A DNA stretch of 64,000 bases from the NCBI RefSeq assembly GCF_009914755.1, contig NC_060934.1. The stretch is one strand, 5' to 3'. Source of the DNA: the human T2T-CHM13v2.0 reference genome, Homo sapiens. This document shows positions 58,966 to 64,000 of the stretch, in pieces. The first letter of the stretch is position 1, and every line of letters begins with the position of its first letter. The notes beneath the pieces are model-generated. The model did no database searches and was not told the DNA's origin. It was given only the letters and a program-made list of their open reading frames with translations. Both the position numbers and the translations under genes were made by a program.

Positions 58966-61900
58966 CAGTGAGAGCGAGTGTTGGCTCTGGAGTCAGAAGG
59001 CCTGGATTGGAACCTGGCTCTGTTCCTTAGCATCTGTGTATTTGTATGTACTTGAGTACGTTCCTTAGTATTTCTGCTTTTCTTCCTTTACCTACAAAAT
59101 AGGGAGCACAATTGGAACAGCAAAATAAGGAATATCATATAGAGTACTCGCTGTGTTCCAGGCACCATTGTATTGGCTTTATTTGTATTAAGTAATGTAA
59201 TACTGACAACTACCCTACTAGGTAAGTGCTGTTACTATCCCCGTTTCATAGATATAAATGCAGGCACAGAAAAGTTCATGCAGCTCATGCATGGTGGCAC
59301 TGGGAAGTAAACCCTGACAGCTGGGATCTGGAATCAGGGCTTTCCATCTTTGTTATAATTCCTAACAATGGCATCGCTCTCATAGTGATGGTGGGAGAAT
59401 TAAATCATTTACTCCACTAAGATTGTAATATCTGCCTGGCATGGAGTGAAAGCTGAGGAAATGTTAGTTATTATAATATTATTCTGGCCTTCAAGGAATT
59501 TAGAGAAACTCTACTTTTTATTCTGTTCAGGAGTCTAGGAGCAGTGGACAGCCTGTTCCTCTTGTTAGTAGAAAATAGCAAAACATGGCAGATAAAGGAG
59601 CTTAGTGGGAGACACAGCCCTTAGCCTTGCTCTTGCCTACCCTAGATGTGTCACTGCCCTTCTCTGCCTCAGTTTCCTCATCTGTAATATGGGGATTGAA
59701 CTAGAATGTCCCCGAACTCTGCTTGCTTTTTCCAAACTCTCTGATTCCATGATTAAATGGAGCCTAATTTGTGTTGTGCAATTCGAAGTTATGTATAAAT
59801 ATTAGCTTATGCAACTGGTTAATCACTTAGTGTCAGATAAATATGCAGAGCAAGGTGTTTAATATGTTTACATAAACTGTACAAACCACTTTTCATTAAT
59901 TGTGCTTTTCCAGCGTCCTAGCAGGAGCGTGTTGAAGCAGGGAACTTGACATGGGTGCCTGTCCCCCTAACTTTTCATCTGGACCTCGCTTTGATTTATT
60001 CCATGGGCTCCTTCCTGTGCACTTGGGAACTGGGGCTTTGAAAATGTTTATGCCAACAGTTCAGCCCTTAGAACTGGCAGCACACAAGGTGTTATCTCTG
60101 TCTTCAGACAGGCTATGCTTCTTGTGGGCACTTCATTTTTCATCCAGTCAGGGAAAAGATGGGAATTACCACTAGTTTACACCTGGATGCCAAACCTCCT
60201 TGTTTCCTCTTATCCCTTTCCCCTCCTTTTTTTCTCTTCTCTCTCTTTTTTTTTTTTTTACCAGAGAAGATCCAGGATGATTTCAGGGCAGTTATGGGAA
60301 GTTTCTCAGGTGTGATAAAAGTTCTCTGAGTTTTTGTTCCATTGATTTTTATGGGACTGTGGGTGGCTATAAAATCAGAGTGGGTACAGTGCAGCTGTCT
60401 GCCTGACAGCATGGACTATGTAGGAAGCCTGGCGGGGTTGGGGCCAGAGCAGGATGGACAGAGAAGGGATGGGCTTTGATGCTGTACCAGCCAGGCTCTG
60501 CCTGGGAGCAGAAGGTTGACCTTGGCTGGAATTTCAGTAAGAACTGAGTGAAGGGACTCTCTACGGAGGGATGTGCAGGGTTTAAGGAAGCAACATGGCA
60601 TGGCAAGGCACCCAGGAACTAGCAGCAGTAGGAGGCTTTTGAACCTGGGCCTGAAGGGGCAAGGACAGGAAACCATGTTACTGAATTTCTAGACAGAGCT
60701 GGAATTAAGGGGTAGGGGGTACCGAACAGCTGAAGTCAAAGGGATTGGAGCTTCTGCCAGAAACTTGGGGACTAGGCAGGATAGGAAGTGGAGCAGATAA
60801 ACTCTAACCTCTCCTCTCCTCTTCTTAACTACCAGATCCCTGCTGTTTGTTTTTGTTTTTGGTTGAATGCAACAGGATGGCAAAACGCAAGGAAGCCAGG
60901 TGGGCTAATGCAGCCATATGGGTGAGCCCTGTGGGGGTATAGAATAGAGTAGAAGAGGTCAGAAAATGACTTTGGGGTGAGGGCAAATGGAGAATAATCA
61001 GCACAGACAGATGTGGAGAGCTGTGTGTGAATGTGAGGTAATAGAGTGAGGTGGGGGGAAGTGGGGGGCGGGGGGAGTGCATCGAGAATGCAACGTTCAG
61101 TCTTATCAAGTCTCCCCTTCCCTTCCACCATTCATAATCAGCTCCTCTCTAAACAGGCCAGCATGAAATACTTACTGAACTATAACCATGGAGAGGCAAC
61201 CATGAATATGGAAAGGGCATTTGATGTGAATTAGGTAGATCTGAGTTTTCTTTGTAATCGTGATATAGTTCCTTATTAGCTAAGTAGCCTTTGACCAGTT
61301 ACTCAAACTTTCTCATTCTCAGTTTTCATATCTGTAAATTATATGAATACCACAAGATTGCTAATTATATGAATACCACAGGAATGCTATTAAGTTGAAA
61401 TTGGTTAATGAATATAATACACCTAGCCCAGGACCTGGTGTTTAGTCTCACATTCATTCAACAAATGCACCCTTGGGTGAGTAGAATTAGCCAGGGCTTT
61501 TGCATTCAGGTAGCCAACAGGTTGGTTAAAAGTGGATATTCACTGTATATACATAGAAACAAACATGGAACTACACAAATTTTTGTGTAAAATTATGTTC
61601 ATTACAGACATATATGCATAGATTCATACCCAAAGTGTTAAGAAGGCAAAGACCAGGGTGATATAAGATAAAGGGAGGAAAGCTTATATTGGGGATTAGG
61701 GAAATCCTCTCTGAGGAAGAAATACAAAGGCTGAGACTTGGAGGATGAGTAGTTGCTAGCCAGTGAAGTGTTCAGTAGTGGGGGGAAGAGGAATAATAGC
61801 AGGGGTAGAATTATATACAAGATGGAACACCGTTCTCCTTTAGATCTTCTCCTTCATTGGCTATTCCTTCCAGAAGACTTTCATGGTTCTGTCTCATCTT

Positions 61901-62187
61901 TGTAACCTCTCTAAATAAAGAAGAGCCCTTGAGCACAGTTCTCAGACCTCTTTTATCTCTGCCCTCACTCACTCCCTTCATGATCTCATCCAGCTCTCAG
62001 TTATACCACTTATTTGTCCTAATTATCAGCCCGGATCTCTCCCCTAAATGCCAGACTTGTTCATTTAACTAGCTACTTGATATCTCAACATGGATATCTT
62101 ATAAATATGCCAAATAATCCACTCTAAAATTTAGCACCGGGTTTCTATTCATTTCCTTTCACTAAATTTCCTCCTCTCGCAGTTTAA

Positions 62188-62562
<375 letters not shown>

Positions 62563-64000
62563 TAAGCAAATTGTCTTGACCTACTTTTAAAATACAAACA
62601 GAATCACAACACTCTTTACTTCCTCCTCCTCTACTCACTTCTGGTTCATGTCACCTTCATCCCTCTCTCACATGGATTATTGTAACAACCTCTTCCTCCC
62701 TAATCCACATACCATCTACTCTCCATAAAGCAGCCAGACTGATCCACTAAAATATAAGTGGTATTATGTCATCCTTGCCCAAAAATCTCCAGTGGCTCTC
62801 ATCTCACTCAGTATACTTTAGGTCTTCCATGGCTCATAAGATTATACATAATTTCCACTTCTCTCTGCCATTGCCACTTCTCTGGCCTTATCTCTCTGTG
62901 CCCCAACCACTTAATTTTCTTTGCTCTTCTTCCAGTTGACAAACACAGTCCTGTCTTGCACTGTTTGGGATATGATTATCCACTTGGTTCAAGTTCTCAC
63001 TCCAGGTTTCTGCTGAAATCACATCTTTTTGGAAATGCCTTCCCCAACCATCCTATGTAAAATCTAACTTCTTCTCAACTTACAACAGGCACCCCTTATC
63101 CTGCTTTATTTTTCTTCATAATAGTTTGGCATCATTCAGCATGTTAATTCTTATCTGTGGCATGTCTGTTACTCCCAGTAGAATTAGAGCTCTAGGAAGG
63201 AAAAGACTTGGTCTCCTTTGACCCAGGCTGCATAGGATGGGTGATCTAGACTTACCTGTTGACCAACAGGGTAAGTGAGTGTGAGAAAGTCCCAGCACAA
63301 GATCTTCACTCTAGTGACAGCTCACATTCTAGTGAAAGCTCCTTCCCCAAAGAAGAAAAGGAAGTTATTCTAATCTAGTGTTAGTGACTTCCTTTCATCC
63401 TGAAGTTCTACCTAGTGGTTGGGCATTTTAACCAGTTGGTTAATTAATATTTATGAGGAATCTACTTATTGTGCAGCCCTGTGTTCAGTGTTATGAGAGA
63501 TACAGAAAAATATGTGATATAATTTCTGCTCTCAAGGATCTTTACAGTTTAGTTGAGGTGAAAATACACAAAACAACAACAACAATTAATACCAGGCAGT
63601 GGTATTAATATGAATAGCTATATTCCAGGCAGTGCACCAAACCTTTACATTCAGAATCTCATTTAATTCTTATAACAAGATACCATTGTTATACCCATCA
63701 CTCATCCTCCTCCCAGAGAAACAAACAAACATAAGAAAACAGAATCCTAGAAAGCAGAAGTAACTTTTCCAAGATGAATGTGTGAGTGTGAGTTTGTGAG
63801 AGGGAAGAAAGTGAGTGAAACAACAGAAGCTGGGTTCAGATCCACCTGCCTGACATTCAGAGCCATAATTGCAGACCGTTTTTTCTGAACCCCCTCCCCC
63901 AACCCCCCAAAAAATCTGGCCACAAGGTCAGTTCATGACATGAACATTTATTGTCATGTCTTGAAATAGGTAGTCATTGGTTAGTTAGTTATAGGAGTGC

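Overview
Primate (most likely human) genomic DNA, not microbial. The window lies inside the large neuronal VPS10-domain receptor gene SORCS3 on the + strand. It holds one recognisable coding exon (33580-33738, 159 nt, phase 0/0) with a perfect TACTAAC branch point; the rest is intron, much of it transposon-derived. The main elements are a 4.4-kb, 5'-truncated and 5'-inverted (twin-primed) young L1PA with target-site duplications (TSDs) ending about 250 nt upstream of the exon, a near full-length Tigger1, 13 Alu elements (12 antisense to the gene), MaLR/ERVL LTRs, MER DNA transposons, old L1M/L2/MIR remnants and microsatellites. The long ORFs in the ORF track are L1 or Tigger remnants; the others appear to be noise. 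I see no evidence of a new protein-coding or CRISPR-like system. The most unusual signals are mutational or RNA-processing ones: a 200-bp locally templated duplication pasted into an L1M, two fold-back palindromes that overwrite transposon consensus sequence, a strong Alu strand bias, and poly(A) signals on both sides of the exon. Repeat family calls come from remembered consensus sequences, not from a RepeatMasker run, so boundaries of old repeats are approximate.
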